This document shows positions 1 through 11,000 of a DNA stretch of 64,000 bases, in pieces. This DNA comes from a virus, in IMG/VR virus record IMGVR_UViG_3300012000_000002, positions 55,040 to 119,039 of that record, one strand, 5' to 3'. Numbering within the stretch: the stretch's first letter is position 1; every line of letters begins with the position of its first letter. The position numbers were made by a program, and so were the translations under genes. The notes beneath the pieces were generated by a model, which searched no databases, was not told the origin of the DNA, and worked only from the letters and a program-made list of their open reading frames with translations.

Positions 1-191
1 AATGATATTTCTTTGTTTGTTTTTAACTCAGCAGGAAGCACTATACCAAAATCGTGTTCATCTTGAATTATTACACGGCAAGTATATACAGCATCATCTA
101 AAAGCGAAGACAAGCTTTCATGAAAAGCTTCTTCCACAGATAACAAAGTTAAATTGTTTGGTTTGATTGATAAAACAGAAAGCTCTTCCAT
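1..191 (-). CDS. hypothetical protein, runs off the window edge
   Basis: Open minus-strand frame from ATG at 191 (MEELSVLSIKPNNL...) to position 1; not in the ORF track. Confidence 0.55.
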   Translation of the reverse strand, partial: MEELSVLSIKPNNLTLLSVEEAFHESLSSLLDDAVYTCRVIIQDEHDFGIVLPAELKTNKEIS

Positions 192-192
192 A

Positions 193-987
193 TTAGCCTT
201 TTAAGATTCCACGGCCATTGTGATTTGGATAATAGTTTTGTTGTGGATGTTGGCGGGCGTCGGTAATCATTTGTCTACCATTGCCATATGGACCGGGAGC
301 AACAACAGCTTCCCGTGGTACAAGCAACGGTCCAAGAGAAGCCATTGGTGGTGCATGTACTTCAACCAATGAAGAAAGTAAATGTGGATTACGTTGAATC
401 TCATTAATGTTAACTTGCGTTTGATGTTGAGGAACAACATAAGCTTGGATTAATCCCTTCATAAGAAAGGGTTGATTAGCTAATTGGTTGTTAACAACTC
501 CAACTTCTCTTGCAAGAATAAATGCATTTCCAAAAGCTTGTTGAATTGCACGATACACTGGATATCCTTCACGCAAAACAACTTGTTGAGGATTTTGTTG
601 TGGTTGTTGATGATGACCGGGAAGAGGTTGTTGTGGTGCAGCTTGTCTTCCTTTGTTGAAGATCATATCTAAGTCTGCTTCACCCACAGGATTCACTCCA
701 CCAGTTTGTTGAAGTAGTTGTTGTTGACGAGCAAAGGCTTCCATATCAACGTTGGTTTTTACTTCTTTTTCTAGGGGGATAGGGCCATAATGAGGTTGTT
801 GCGCTCGTTTAGCAACAAGATCACGAATATAAGGATCATGAATTTCAGCTTCTTTTGCCGATTGATCTTTATAAGTTACACGTTGGTCTAATGGATTGGT
901 ATTGCGTTGATTGTGACGTTGTTGAGCACGCATACGCATTTGTGCGTCAAACCAAGCTTGGCTACCGTCATCGTACTTGTTGGACAT
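193..987 (-). CDS. Q/P-rich hypothetical protein
   Basis: 264-aa ORF with GGAG upstream; low-complexity Q/P tracts. Confidence 0.75.
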   Translation of the reverse strand: MSNKYDDGSQAWFDAQMRMRAQQRHNQRNTNPLDQRVTYKDQSAKEAEIHDPYIRDLVAKRAQQPHYGPIPLEKEVKTNVDMEAFARQQQLLQQTGGVNPVGEADLDMIFNKGRQAAPQQPLPGHHQQPQQNPQQVVLREGYPVYRAIQQAFGNAFILAREVGVVNNQLANQPFLMKGLIQAYVVPQHQTQVNINEIQRNPHLLSSLVEVHAPPMASLGPLLVPREAVVAPGPYGNGRQMITDARQHPQQNYYPNHNGRGILKG

Positions 988-1022
988 TTATATTCTCCAA
1001 CCAAAGAGGATAAGAGATTATA

Positions 1023-1319
1023 TCAAACTTTTACAAAACCTCGACGCACAAGAAGACGTTCAAGTAGCACTTCATCAGATGTGGATACATCAAATTGTAG
1101 ATGTGCATAGCTGCTATCGATATCTTCTTTGATAACCTTTGCATGTGGCAAGGTTGAGCGAAGTTCTTGTTGAACAGATATAAACTCACGACGAATGTCT
1201 TCACGTTTGCAAAATTTTGGATATTGTTTCACAAACATATTGCTTTGACCTTTGCCGCTAATAGCAGGTTGTTCTGAACGTTCGTGGAACTCGCTTTGTA
1301 ATGGAACTGCGTATCTCAT
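1023..1319 (-). CDS. hypothetical protein
   Basis: 98-aa ORF, AGGAG SD 6 nt upstream of ATG. Confidence 0.7.
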   Translation of the reverse strand: MRYAVPLQSEFHERSEQPAISGKGQSNMFVKQYPKFCKREDIRREFISVQQELRSTLPHAKVIKEDIDSSYAHLQFDVSTSDEVLLERLLVRRGFVKV

Positions 1320-1362
1320 TGTTTAACTCCTATCGACTAACCTAGTCGATTGATGATTCTCC

Positions 1363-1875
1363 TCACTCATAAAGAGTATCATCAGTATCTTCTTCTAAAT
1401 AGCTTTCCGATTTAACTTTTGCTTTTTTTGTGTTGGCCACAAATTGTTTGCGGCCACCTTTTGATTTGCTTTTCTTTTTCTTTGCTGTAGCAGCTCGTTC
1501 TTTTTTAGACAGGGAATAAGCCTTAGAAGCAGGAAGACAACGATCTGGATTGCTGGTATCTTTACTTGAACCGCATTCACCTTTCACTTCTCCAGAAGAG
1601 CTTATGCGTTTCCATTTTTCCTTAAACCAATCACGTAAGTCTTCCATAATGATTTCTTTAAGAGCTTCATTTAACTCTAAAGATTCATTAGCTTTCTTTT
1701 TTTTCTTTCTCCAACCGCCACCTTTGCTTTTATACCATTTAGAAGCCCACGCATTAGCATAAGCACTGGGGTATTTAGTGAATTTACTTCTGGCAGCAGC
1801 TTTTGCTCTTGACCATAGCTCGGGATTTGTTGGTGCATTCTCGCCTTCAAAAAGAATATCGTCGTCGTCTTCCAT
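1363..1875 (-). CDS. basic conserved phage protein (DUF5872-like)
   Basis: KYPSAYANAW, DLRDWFKEKW and CG...CLP motifs recalled from a widespread phage family; late motif ATACTTA 6 nt upstream. Confidence 0.6.
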   Translation of the reverse strand: MEDDDDILFEGENAPTNPELWSRAKAAARSKFTKYPSAYANAWASKWYKSKGGGWRKKKKKANESLELNEALKEIIMEDLRDWFKEKWKRISSSGEVKGECGSSKDTSNPDRCLPASKAYSLSKKERAATAKKKKSKSKGGRKQFVANTKKAKVKSESYLEEDTDDTLYE

Positions 1876-1954
1876 ATTGCTTAAGTATAGAAGCTAACGC
1901 TTTATTGATATTGTTGCAAAAAATAACATACCCAACAATATCAAAACCACAAAA

Positions 1955-2275
1955 TCAAGATATATTGGTATTAACTCTTTCAAAAGAAGCATATCCATCA
2001 TCTAACACATAAAGTATTTGATCTTCAACCAACAACTTAAAATATACAGCTTGTTCAATAATTGGTTGCAATTTAAAATGCATTATGCTGGTAACGAATT
2101 GTTCTAAATAAACAACCAATGTACCGTTAACAATGGTTACACCAGCGTCTTCAACATCATGATATGGATCTTTTGTTGCAAAAACAAAAGTGCTAAAAGG
2201 TGCAATAACAGCATCTTCTTCATATCTTAAAGAAGAGTAAATTATATAAAGTTTTCCACGTTCAAGCTCTTTCAT
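1955..2275 (-). CDS. hypothetical protein
   Basis: ORF; start moved to MKELERG. Confidence 0.55.
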   Translation of the reverse strand: MKELERGKLYIIYSSLRYEEDAVIAPFSTFVFATKDPYHDVEDAGVTIVNGTLVVYLEQFVTSIMHFKLQPIIEQAVYFKLLVEDQILYVLDDGYASFERVNTNIS

Positions 2276-2333
2276 GTTAACTTGTAAAATAGCTTTGTAA
2301 TGATTTATGCTTAAGCATAACAAGGATAACTAT

Positions 2334-2699
2334 ATGACAACAAACAACCAAAACAATTCTGAAGAACAACAAGCTGCAAAAAGCTTTGTAAGTTTTTTCT
2401 ATAACTTGATAGCTTTTGCTGGTGCTGGACTTATTGTTAAGCTAGCTTGGAATTTGGGCATAGCTTCTTTGTTTCCCGGCAAGATACCGGTAATCAATTA
2501 TATTCATGCTATGACATGGCTTACCATGCTTTATATCGCAGCAAGAACTATTGCGGCTGGATTTATGTCTGAGGTAGAAAAAACTGTTTCAAACCTTGTT
2601 GATCAATTCGAAGGTTTTATAAAAACAGCTCAAGAATATTTCGATGTTGCTAGCTCAAAAACTGCTGGCGATAACAACGATCATTCCAACTTGAATTAG
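2334..2699 (+). CDS. hypothetical membrane protein
   Basis: AAGGA SD before ATG 2334; two hydrophobic segments. Confidence 0.65.
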   Translation: MTTNNQNNSEEQQAAKSFVSFFYNLIAFAGAGLIVKLAWNLGIASLFPGKIPVINYIHAMTWLTMLYIAARTIAAGFMSEVEKTVSNLVDQFEGFIKTAQEYFDVASSKTAGDNNDHSNLN

Positions 2700-3004
2700 C
2701 CGATAAGATAACGTAGGCGTAGAATGTTTCCAATGCCATTACGTGTTTCTCTTAAATAACCAACAAGACTTAAAATCACACGGCGACGTTCTGTTGCTGC
2801 CGTGTTATGAAAATAGTTTTCACGAAGAAGTGTTTCACCTTCTTCTGCAAGTTCATCAGCACTAGCAAAAGTTTCATTCAAAAACTTTTCTACCTTTTTG
2901 TTGTATTCGGATAATCCACCTTCTCCACCAGAAAGAAGGATGGAATCAACATCTAGTGCTTCTTTGATTGCAGCTTTAAGTTGGTTGCGAAGTTTATTGT
3001 TCAT
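2696..3004 (-). CDS. hypothetical late protein with LKxxIKE leader
   Basis: MNNKLRNQLKAAIKEAL; CTACTTA motif at 3023-3029. Confidence 0.65.
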   Translation of the reverse strand: MNNKLRNQLKAAIKEALDVDSILLSGGEGGLSEYNKKVEKFLNETFASADELAEEGETLLRENYFHNTAATERRRVILSLVGYLRETRNGIGNILRLRYLIG

Positions 3005-3049
3005 AGCCAATACCTTTTGTGATAAGTAGTGGCATATATCGATTTTAAA

Positions 3050-3376
3050 CTATTTTCGCAACACTAGCGGATTGTCTTTGGGATGAATCTTCCAATATTG
3101 TTCTTCTAATGGAGGTGGTTCTCCCTTGCGAAAGAACATTAATTGGCGGCCATTTGCTTTGGTGCTGGGATACACACCTATGATAACAATGTCGCCGGTA
3201 TGAACAAGGCTATGACAAATAGCACAAAGGACAGCCAAGTTGTTCAAGTTATTTGAACAACGAGAATCTGCCCTTGGGATTATATGATGAATATGAAGAG
3301 CGTCGGGATTGTTGTAACTGCAAACTTCGCAAGAAACCTTTTTCAAGGTTTCACCTGTGCGCTTCTTACGTTGCAT
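3050..3376 (-). CDS. HNH endonuclease
   Basis: CEVC...LHIHHIIP...NNLNNLAVLCAICHSLVH signature. Confidence 0.85.
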   Translation of the reverse strand: MQRKKRTGETLKKVSCEVCSYNNPDALHIHHIIPRADSRCSNNLNNLAVLCAICHSLVHTGDIVIIGVYPSTKANGRQLMFFRKGEPPPLEEQYWKIHPKDNPLVLRK

Positions 3377-4220
3377 CTACATAATGCTCCAAGCAAGAAC
3401 GCAAAGTGTTTTCATGCAACGAAAGAACCTTAGAGATTGGGTCTTGATAACCTCCAGCAAGATTCCAAACAATCGGCTTTTGATGCTTGGCAGCGAACTG
3501 AAACACGATATCATCACGAAGCTTCATTTGTTCAGTGGTCAGATATCCACCAAGAGGATCGTTGATGTGAGGATCGGCACCGGCTTGATAAAGCAAGATA
3601 TCACAATCACGGAAGTTTGCATTGAGATATGCAGGAAGCTTTAGAAGCCAATGATCGAAGTTATCACCGTTATGTGCAAACTCACCAAAGGTGTAGTGTT
3701 CGATAAGCTTGTTAGCTCCCTCAAACCGATTAATGATATCGTGCGTACCATTTCCATAATGGGCATCAAAATCGATGATACCGATTCGTCCAACACCCTG
3801 CTTCCAAAGCTGGAATGCTGTAACCATCAAGCCGTTGAAGGTACAAAACCCTCCGCAGCTACTATAGCAACTGTGATGAAATCCGCTTGTGGGACTCATT
3901 GCAACAGTATCATTTACCAGCGCATATTCAGCGGCACGCAAAAAGCTACCAACCGTATAAGGCAAGCTATTCGCTACAGCCTCCAAGGTGTTACCAAACC
4001 CATTCATTCGACGCAACGACAAAATATCGTCAACAAACTTAGGATCGTGAGCAACAGCGATTTCGTGCTTACTCACTGGCAACCAATCGTTTACTACATC
4101 AATTCGCTTGCTCTTATTGAAAAGCTCTACAACCTTTTCGGGCTTTCCTGCGCTCGGAGAAAAACTGGTGTTGGTGCTAACAGACTGCTTTGGAGAATAA
4201 AAGACCTTGAGATTCGACAT
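3366..4220 (-). CDS. histone deacetylase (HDAC) family Zn-dependent deacetylase
   Basis: GFHH, GGFC..N, IDFDAHYGNGT, QAGADPHINDPLG and AGGY motifs intact; start MSNLKV after AAGGA. Confidence 0.93.
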   Translation of the reverse strand: MSNLKVFYSPKQSVSTNTSFSPSAGKPEKVVELFNKSKRIDVVNDWLPVSKHEIAVAHDPKFVDDILSLRRMNGFGNTLEAVANSLPYTVGSFLRAAEYALVNDTVAMSPTSGFHHSCYSSCGGFCTFNGLMVTAFQLWKQGVGRIGIIDFDAHYGNGTHDIINRFEGANKLIEHYTFGEFAHNGDNFDHWLLKLPAYLNANFRDCDILLYQAGADPHINDPLGGYLTTEQMKLRDDIVFQFAAKHQKPIVWNLAGGYQDPISKVLSLHENTLRSCLEHYVDAT

Positions 4221-4242
4221 ATGCTTTATTTCCTTTAGTATT

Positions 4243-4271
4243 ATAATAACACGTTTTAACAATATTCTAAA
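4243..4271 (-). promoter_or_regulatory. sigma70-like early promoter of the HDAC gene
   Basis: TTTAGA-17 nt-TATTAT on the minus strand. Confidence 0.65.
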
Positions 4272-4277
4272 AGAAAT

Positions 4278-4308
4278 AAAAAAGGCTTTTTGTTTCCAAA
4301 AAGCCTTT
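4278..4308 (-). terminator. intrinsic terminator after tail tube gene
   Basis: 11-bp inverted repeat aaaggcttttt/aaaaagccttt with flanking A run. Confidence 0.75.
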
Positions 4309-4343
4309 GTTTTAAGGGTGTTTAGCGATTTTGAGAAAGAATA

Positions 4344-4835
4344 TCAATATTGCATTACACAGTTGTCGAAACGTAGGGTAAGAGAAATTTCTGCCATATC
4401 TGCGGTGCTATCGTATGAAAGATCACCGAAACCTGCTGTTGTGCAGAAAGCTCCTTTGATATCCCAAAGTTGGATTACTGTACCAACTGGGTCAAGCATT
4501 TTAAGTTGAATGTCACGCTTGTAGAAGTCTGGGTAACCAGCACGACCTGATACAGATTCAAAGCAAAGGCGAACCCATTCCATTACTTGTTGAGCACCAG
4601 ATGGTGCTATTGGATCGTGAAGGGTTACAGCGAGGGTACCGAAGGTTGTTTTACCAGCAACATAGCGTGTGCTGTTAATCCAGTTGATTGTTACTTCTTC
4701 GGTTGTGATTTCTGGTCTTGCTGCTGTTTTCACCAAGAATGCGTCAATACCTTCGATAGCGAAGATAAACTGACGTTTCATCATTGGGGTAAACTTAGCT
4801 GGAAGCATTTCCGTTACTGATAATGTTTGTGCCAT
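4344..4835 (-). CDS. tail tube protein (T4 gp19-like)
   Basis: 163 aa; FLVKTAARPEI, LHDPIAPSGAQQVMEW, YKRDIQLKMLDPVG, WDIKGAF, ISLTLRFD; adjacent to sheath genes. Confidence 0.9.
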   Translation of the reverse strand: MAQTLSVTEMLPAKFTPMMKRQFIFAIEGIDAFLVKTAARPEITTEEVTINWINSTRYVAGKTTFGTLAVTLHDPIAPSGAQQVMEWVRLCFESVSGRAGYPDFYKRDIQLKMLDPVGTVIQLWDIKGAFCTTAGFGDLSYDSTADMAEISLTLRFDNCVMQY

Positions 4836-4886
4836 TGACTTAAACTCCTATTTTCTTTAAGTTAAATATTGCTTGTTTTCTATTTT

Positions 4887-7800
4887 TCAACCACCAACAA
4901 AGTTATTGCGGTTTGTTACGAAGAAGTCGATTGTGAAGAACTCTAGAGATGTGGTTGGGATTAGATAAATCTTGCCACGAAGAGTTTTGTTATCTAGATC
5001 GGCTTGTGTTGTTGTTGTTGCATCGATAACAACACGATAACGTTCAACACCACCAGCGGATTGATAACGTGCCATGATTGGTTGAACAGCAGCGTTAAAT
5101 GCTTGTAGCGTTGTTGATTGAGCTGGTTCGAACAAGAAGCGTGTTGCAACTTGACGTACATCACGACGAATTGCAATAAGCAATCTACGAACGTTTACAC
5201 GGTTAAGCAAACTGTCTTTGTTGAGAAGAGTTTTTTGACCCCACACAACTGGACCAACACCTTGTTTTGAAAGCAAAAGGTTTATTCTTGCCACATAAAG
5301 GGTGTCAGAGTTGGCTTGATTTAGTGCAACAGCAAAGTCTGTTACGTTAGCAAGTGTGCCTCTTGTAAAGCCTGCTGGTGCGTTGAATGGTTGACCAACT
5401 GTATCGTTTTTAGCATATGCACCAAGTACAGCAACAGATGGTGGTACTTTTTCATAAACAGAACCGTCGTTTGTTACAATGTTTACGTCTGGGAAATAAG
5501 TTGCTGCAAAGCTGCTGTTTACTCCACGAGTAACGAATTGTTGCGCTGTTTGTGAAACGTTAACTGCTTCATAAGAACCAGTAAGTGATGTACCATTAGA
5601 ATCATATTGTTCTGGATCCATGATGTAGAAACAGTCGAAGCGATCATTTTCTACAGCGTTGATTGCTGTATCTGTGACATAACGCACACGGATACCGGGC
5701 ATTGTAAGAAGTTGGATGTTAACATCGTTAACATCTGAGATAATTCCAATGCTCTTCAAGTAGCTTTGTACGGTTGGACCGTTTGTTAGACCACGGCTTG
5801 TTTGTGTGATTTCTTGAGCAACGGCTGCGTTTTTAAGATAACGTGTATCTGGATTAAAGATACGAGTACCATCGAAACCACGTTCTAGATAAAAGCTGAA
5901 CTTAGCCAAGCGTTGTACTGCGGCATTTTCAACAAGGTCGTTCACTGAAAGAGCTCTTGTTTTTGTTGCTTCGTCAGCGGCAATGTTTCCTGCACGAACA
6001 TAACTCCAGCTTAGAAGTGCTGCTGTGCTTGTGTTTGGTACGTCGCCGCTACCCGTTACAATCTTAACTTTTTCTAGAGAGAAAAGGTTGTTGTTAAACA
6101 AGTCTGAGTCAATGATACCGTTTGCGGTTGTGGTAGCTGCGCCATTGTTATCAAACACTGCTGGTTGCACATTTGTTGAGCCTTCAAGATTTGGATAATA
6201 CTTGCTGAATCCAAGTAAGCTTGGATTAAAGATAGAACTTCCATTTGGATCGGTAAGGCTTGTTACGTTTTGGAATTGTACACCCCAATAAAGACCTGTG
6301 TCAACACCAGAAGAAGCAGATAGCTTCTTAATGTTTAGACGCATTGGAATAGGTGGTTGCGATGCGTTGTAAAGTGGTACGCCCCCGCCAGCAAAGTATG
6401 GGAAAGCTGGGGCTAGTAAATCGCCTTGCTTGATGTTATAAAGTGAGCTTGACCCTTGTGTTACAAGGTGTTGCGGACCACGGAAACCAAAAGGCATCGC
6501 TGAAGGATCAAGTTCACCAGCGTCTACTGCATCTGCAATTTCAACACGAACATAACGAGAATTGTTTGAATAAGATCCATCTGTTGTTACTTTTTGTGAA
6601 GCTGTGTCTGTGTCGAAGTTAAAGAACGTGTTTATGTTGCCGATTTTCTTGGCAATATAGTTTGGTGAAGTTGGATCAAGTGAGCAGTTTGTAAATGTTT
6701 CCAAAGCTGCATCGTTATCGGTTGAAGTCATCGAACGAACAAGAACTGTAAACACACCATATGGTTGTGTTGCTGTTCCGGGTTGAATGTTAACGATAGA
6801 TATCTTTACCTCACCATTGCTTGCTTCACCATCTGAGAGACTGTGGAAACGGAAAAGATTTTGTGGAACTCCACCGAATCCTTGAGAAATAACCCAAGGT
6901 GAGAAAGCGTGGCCATAACGATCTTGGAAGCCTTCGAAGTTTGGTGTGATTGCTGAACCAACGTTTGATGTGTGGGTAGCGTTCGAACCAGATGAAGGAA
7001 CAAGGAACGCAATGTTTTGTTTGGTACCGTAAGCAGAGCCAGAAGAAGCCACAATAACACCAGAACCTGTTGGAACTGCAAGGGCAGAGAATACATCAAA
7101 GCTACCATAAAGCAAGTGACCAGCTTCTTCTGTTTTAAGCGGATCAGTATTCAAAACACTTGGGAAATAGTTCACGGCTTGTGGATCGAAACTTGCAGTA
7201 ATAACGTTCGGATAACGTGCATCTGTTCCTTTGTGACCATTAAGAATCATCACAAAGCTTTGTTGGCCAGAGGCAAGTTCAACTGACCCAGTAAATGCAC
7301 CACTGAATGACATTTCAGTAGCTACAAAGCTTGAAGCTGGAGCTGGTGAATTTTGTGCTGCTGATGATAGACGAAGCACAACTCCAGACGGAGCAAACAG
7401 CACACCACGAACGATTGGTACTGAGCCTGTTGAAGTTTGCAAGCCTGCATCAGAAAACACAGTAGAGCCAACTGATTCACTCATGAAGCAACCAAGCATA
7501 TACACAGAGCCGGTCACACCACCTGCGTTTGCAAACACGTTGTTTCCAAGAGCACCAGTGCTTCCACTTGGCTGTTGAGAACCAACAACGAAACCTGCAT
7601 CTGTTACAGTTCCGTTAGTATTTCGTGCTAAACCTTGACCAGCTCCAAGCACTCTTAGTTGCATGAGAGGTACACCAGTGTTACTAAACCATTCTCTCGC
7701 TGAAAGATAACCTAGTGGAGTATTTGAGTTAACACCACCAAACACTGACACATATTGTGTTAGTGTTGTTGCCATGATAGGAACAAATGCTGGTCCTTTG

Positions 7801-7904
7801 GCTGTTGTAGATATTACCAACGCAGGAACTCCTGATGGTGAGCGAGTTGTTGGTTGACTTATATCAAACTCTCTTGCTAGTACGCCGGGGCTTAATAGTG
7901 CCAT
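4887..7904 (-). CDS. tail sheath protein 1 (gp18-like)
   Basis: SPGVLAREFD N-terminus, GPAFVP, C-terminal PAGFTRG and WGQKTL...LNRVNVRRLL. Confidence 0.92.
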   Translation of the reverse strand: MALLSPGVLAREFDISQPTTRSPSGVPALVISTTAKGPAFVPIMATTLTQYVSVFGGVNSNTPLGYLSAREWFSNTGVPLMQLRVLGAGQGLARNTNGTVTDAGFVVGSQQPSGSTGALGNNVFANAGGVTGSVYMLGCFMSESVGSTVFSDAGLQTSTGSVPIVRGVLFAPSGVVLRLSSAAQNSPAPASSFVATEMSFSGAFTGSVELASGQQSFVMILNGHKGTDARYPNVITASFDPQAVNYFPSVLNTDPLKTEEAGHLLYGSFDVFSALAVPTGSGVIVASSGSAYGTKQNIAFLVPSSGSNATHTSNVGSAITPNFEGFQDRYGHAFSPWVISQGFGGVPQNLFRFHSLSDGEASNGEVKISIVNIQPGTATQPYGVFTVLVRSMTSTDNDAALETFTNCSLDPTSPNYIAKKIGNINTFFNFDTDTASQKVTTDGSYSNNSRYVRVEIADAVDAGELDPSAMPFGFRGPQHLVTQGSSSLYNIKQGDLLAPAFPYFAGGGVPLYNASQPPIPMRLNIKKLSASSGVDTGLYWGVQFQNVTSLTDPNGSSIFNPSLLGFSKYYPNLEGSTNVQPAVFDNNGAATTTANGIIDSDLFNNNLFSLEKVKIVTGSGDVPNTSTAALLSWSYVRAGNIAADEATKTRALSVNDLVENAAVQRLAKFSFYLERGFDGTRIFNPDTRYLKNAAVAQEITQTSRGLTNGPTVQSYLKSIGIISDVNDVNIQLLTMPGIRVRYVTDTAINAVENDRFDCFYIMDPEQYDSNGTSLTGSYEAVNVSQTAQQFVTRGVNSSFAATYFPDVNIVTNDGSVYEKVPPSVAVLGAYAKNDTVGQPFNAPAGFTRGTLANVTDFAVALNQANSDTLYVARINLLLSKQGVGPVVWGQKTLLNKDSLLNRVNVRRLLIAIRRDVRQVATRFLFEPAQSTTLQAFNAAVQPIMARYQSAGGVERYRVVIDATTTTQADLDNKTLRGKIYLIPTTSLEFFTIDFFVTNRNNFVGG

Positions 7905-7948
7905 GTTTTATTCTCCGTATATCAAACGTTAACGATAAATAGAAGAAT

Positions 7949-7987
7949 AAAAAAAAACTGCCACCTTTCGATGGCAGTTTTTCTTTT
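7949..7987. terminator. bidirectional intrinsic terminator between sheath genes
   Basis: aaaaactgcca-loop-tggcagttttt with A/T runs on both sides. Confidence 0.8.
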
Positions 7988-8018
7988 GTGCTAGTTTCGT
8001 TCTAGCGTATTAATGTAA

Positions 8019-11000
8019 TCAGATAGAAACTCCGCTTGGAAGAACAACGAAATCCATTACGATGTATTCGATTGCTCTTGTTGGAAGCACTCTAATTTGA
8101 GCATTCATACGGTTGCTGTTAACGTCTTCAGCAGTATTGTTACGATCATCACAGATAATCGCAAACTGTTCAATACCTTGTTGGGCTTGAACTGTTGCAA
8201 GTACCAATGCTGCTTCGTTAACAAAACGTGTGCGAAGTGCTGGTGTGTTTTGTTCGAAGAGCAAACGGTTACCGATTGCAACAATTTGACGCTTGATTTC
8301 TAGTAACATTCTTTTAACGTTAATAGATTCCAAAGCACTTTCTGCTTGTTGCAATGTGTTTTGTGAGAAGAACACATAGTTGGCACCGGGGAACTTCACG
8401 ATTGGGTTAATGTTGGCATCGTAAAGTGTGTTGCGATCATTTTGGTTTATTCTTATTGAAGTAAGAAGTACGAAACCAAGAGAACCACGATCAAATCCTG
8501 CTGGAGCAAACCAAGGGAACTTAACACGGTCGTTATAGCTCAATGCTGAAAGAGCAGCAATAGAAGCTGGGAGTTGTACACGGCGAGTGTTAACAGTGTC
8601 TTCGATAACGATGTTGGGGAAGTATGCTGCACCACCGTTGTTATCCAATGCACGGTTTATAAACGCATTTGATGTTTTGTTGATGGAGATTGATCGATTT
8701 GATTCACCATCAAAGATACGAACATCGTCTTTGTCGTATGGTTGAAGGTCTAGAAGATAAAAACTCAAACCGTAATCTGTGTTTTTCTCTAGTGCGTAGT
8801 TTGTGATAAGTGGATCACGTTGACCGGGCGTTGCAAGAATGTTGTTGTTTGCAAGGCTTGGGTTGGTTGCAATATCAAGTGCTGTGCGATAAGCAACAAC
8901 GTTTTGGTTAGAAGCACCAACGCCAGTATAGTTGGTTGCTGATGGAGCACCGGGAGATACATAGCTTGCATTAGCAAGACCATATACACCACCAGCACCA
9001 GCTTCTGTAGATGTTGATTGATCTGTAAAGCGAGCAGCTTGTTTGTCAAAGATGTTTACACCATCCCAGCCACCTTGCATAAAGGTTGTGAATTTAGCGT
9101 AGTTAGAGAAGTTGTTAAACTGAACTGCGCTGCTGCTGTTAACCAACGAAGCAAAAGTAATACGGTTGCTGTAGTTTGTTGCAACGTATGTTGTTGGATC
9201 GATTGTTGCGTTACGAAGATATGCAGCAGACTTCATAAGTGTTAGAATATCTGTTGAAGCTACCGTTGTCATTGAAGTTTCGTTTAGCGCAACATTTGCA
9301 AGGGTGAACTTGTTGTTGTTCAAAAGATCGCTTGCTGAACCAGTTGTAAGCACACCTAGTTTTTCAATGCCAGCAAATTTAGAAAAGTTTGCAACAATTG
9401 GGTTAATCGCTGCATTAACGTTAACGTTTAGAACGTCATTGTTGTTTCGTTCTAGTTTAACGCCCCAATACAATCTTCCGTCTACAACTGTTTGAGCACC
9501 GGGAGCACCAAACACTGTACCAGAAGCAGTTAGTGGGTTGCGTGTAACTGTAAATCGATATGGAACAGGTGGAACAATTGATCCAGATAGCAAAGCACCA
9601 TTTGGAACTGTGCTTGAAGATACACCACTTATTCTTGCAAGTGTTGGCAAACCACCTTGATCGCTCAAAGCTACGTTTGTCAAAAGCATTTGGTGACCAC
9701 GGAAACCGAATGGAAGAGCTAGTTCTGGCACTTCGTCGTTTTCAAGTTGTGAGCTTGGAACCACACGAATAAATCTGCTGCGATTACCGTATTTTCCTTC
9801 AACTACAACACCACGGTCTTCTGCTTCAACTTGATCAAAATCAAACTTGGTGCGTTTATCACCAATAACTCTTGCAATATATTGGCTGCTTTTTGGATCA
9901 AGTGATAGGTTGTTAAATTGTTCTAGAATTTGTGGTTGTTCGTCGGTGTCATTGAACGCTCTAACAGACAAAGTAAATGAACCATATTTTGATGATGGAT
10001 TTGTTGATGCCAACAAGTTTGAAATGCTGATTTTATACTTGCTGTTTGCATATTCACCGTCATCACGGCTTTCTACATAAAATAGATCATACTCGATTCC
10101 ACCAAAAGGTTGTGAAACAAAGTATGGAGTTTTTGGTGCTGTATAACGTGTGTTAAAGTAACCAAATACTTCACTGTATTCAAGACCAAGTGAGTTTGTG
10201 TTGGCAGATCCAGAAAGAACCGCAACGGTTGGAACAGTGTTGCTAGCGGAAAGAGTTGCAACTTGTGCATCTACAGCATAATCAAGATAAAGAAGATGTT
10301 TTTTTGTTGCAAAGTTTTCTGGGTTTGTGTTTAAGATTTTTCCAACGTATTGATCTGAGTCTGGATCGAATGATGCTGAGAAGATTTGAAGACCTGCAAC
10401 ACCATCATCGGAAGAAAATGAAGAACCAGCAGAGCAAGAAAGAACTAGTTTAAACATTCCTTGCATTGGTCCAGTTGTACCAACTTGTGCTGCTTCGTAT
10501 GTGCCGCTTCCTCCAAATGCAGCAGTTGGATCATAAACACCACCAGAATCTACTGCACCACTTAAAACAAGAAAGCGTGAATCCGGTGCAGTGAATAGAA
10601 CAGCACGAACAAGATTTACACTATCATTGTCTGGTGTAAAGCCGCTAACGTTATAGCTGTTGTTGTTGGTAAACATTGGATATCCAAACACTTCGTTGTT
10701 TTGTACAAAGTGCTTACCAACCAAGAATTGTACACGGCCTTGCAACGCACCAGAAACGAATACTGTTCCGTTACCGACAACTTGCATACCGGCGTTTGTA
10801 ACAGTGCCGCTAACTTGTGTTTGTGTTATATCAATTGAACTACTATTGGCACCACAACCAAGAACACGAATGTAGTTAACTGAAGCTAGCTCAGTGCCTT
10901 TTGCTTCTAGAAATTTTTGTACACCATATGTACCAACATATTTCGAGTTTACTGGTCCAAACTTGTTTGAAAAATCTGTGTAACTTCCAAGGGTTATTGG

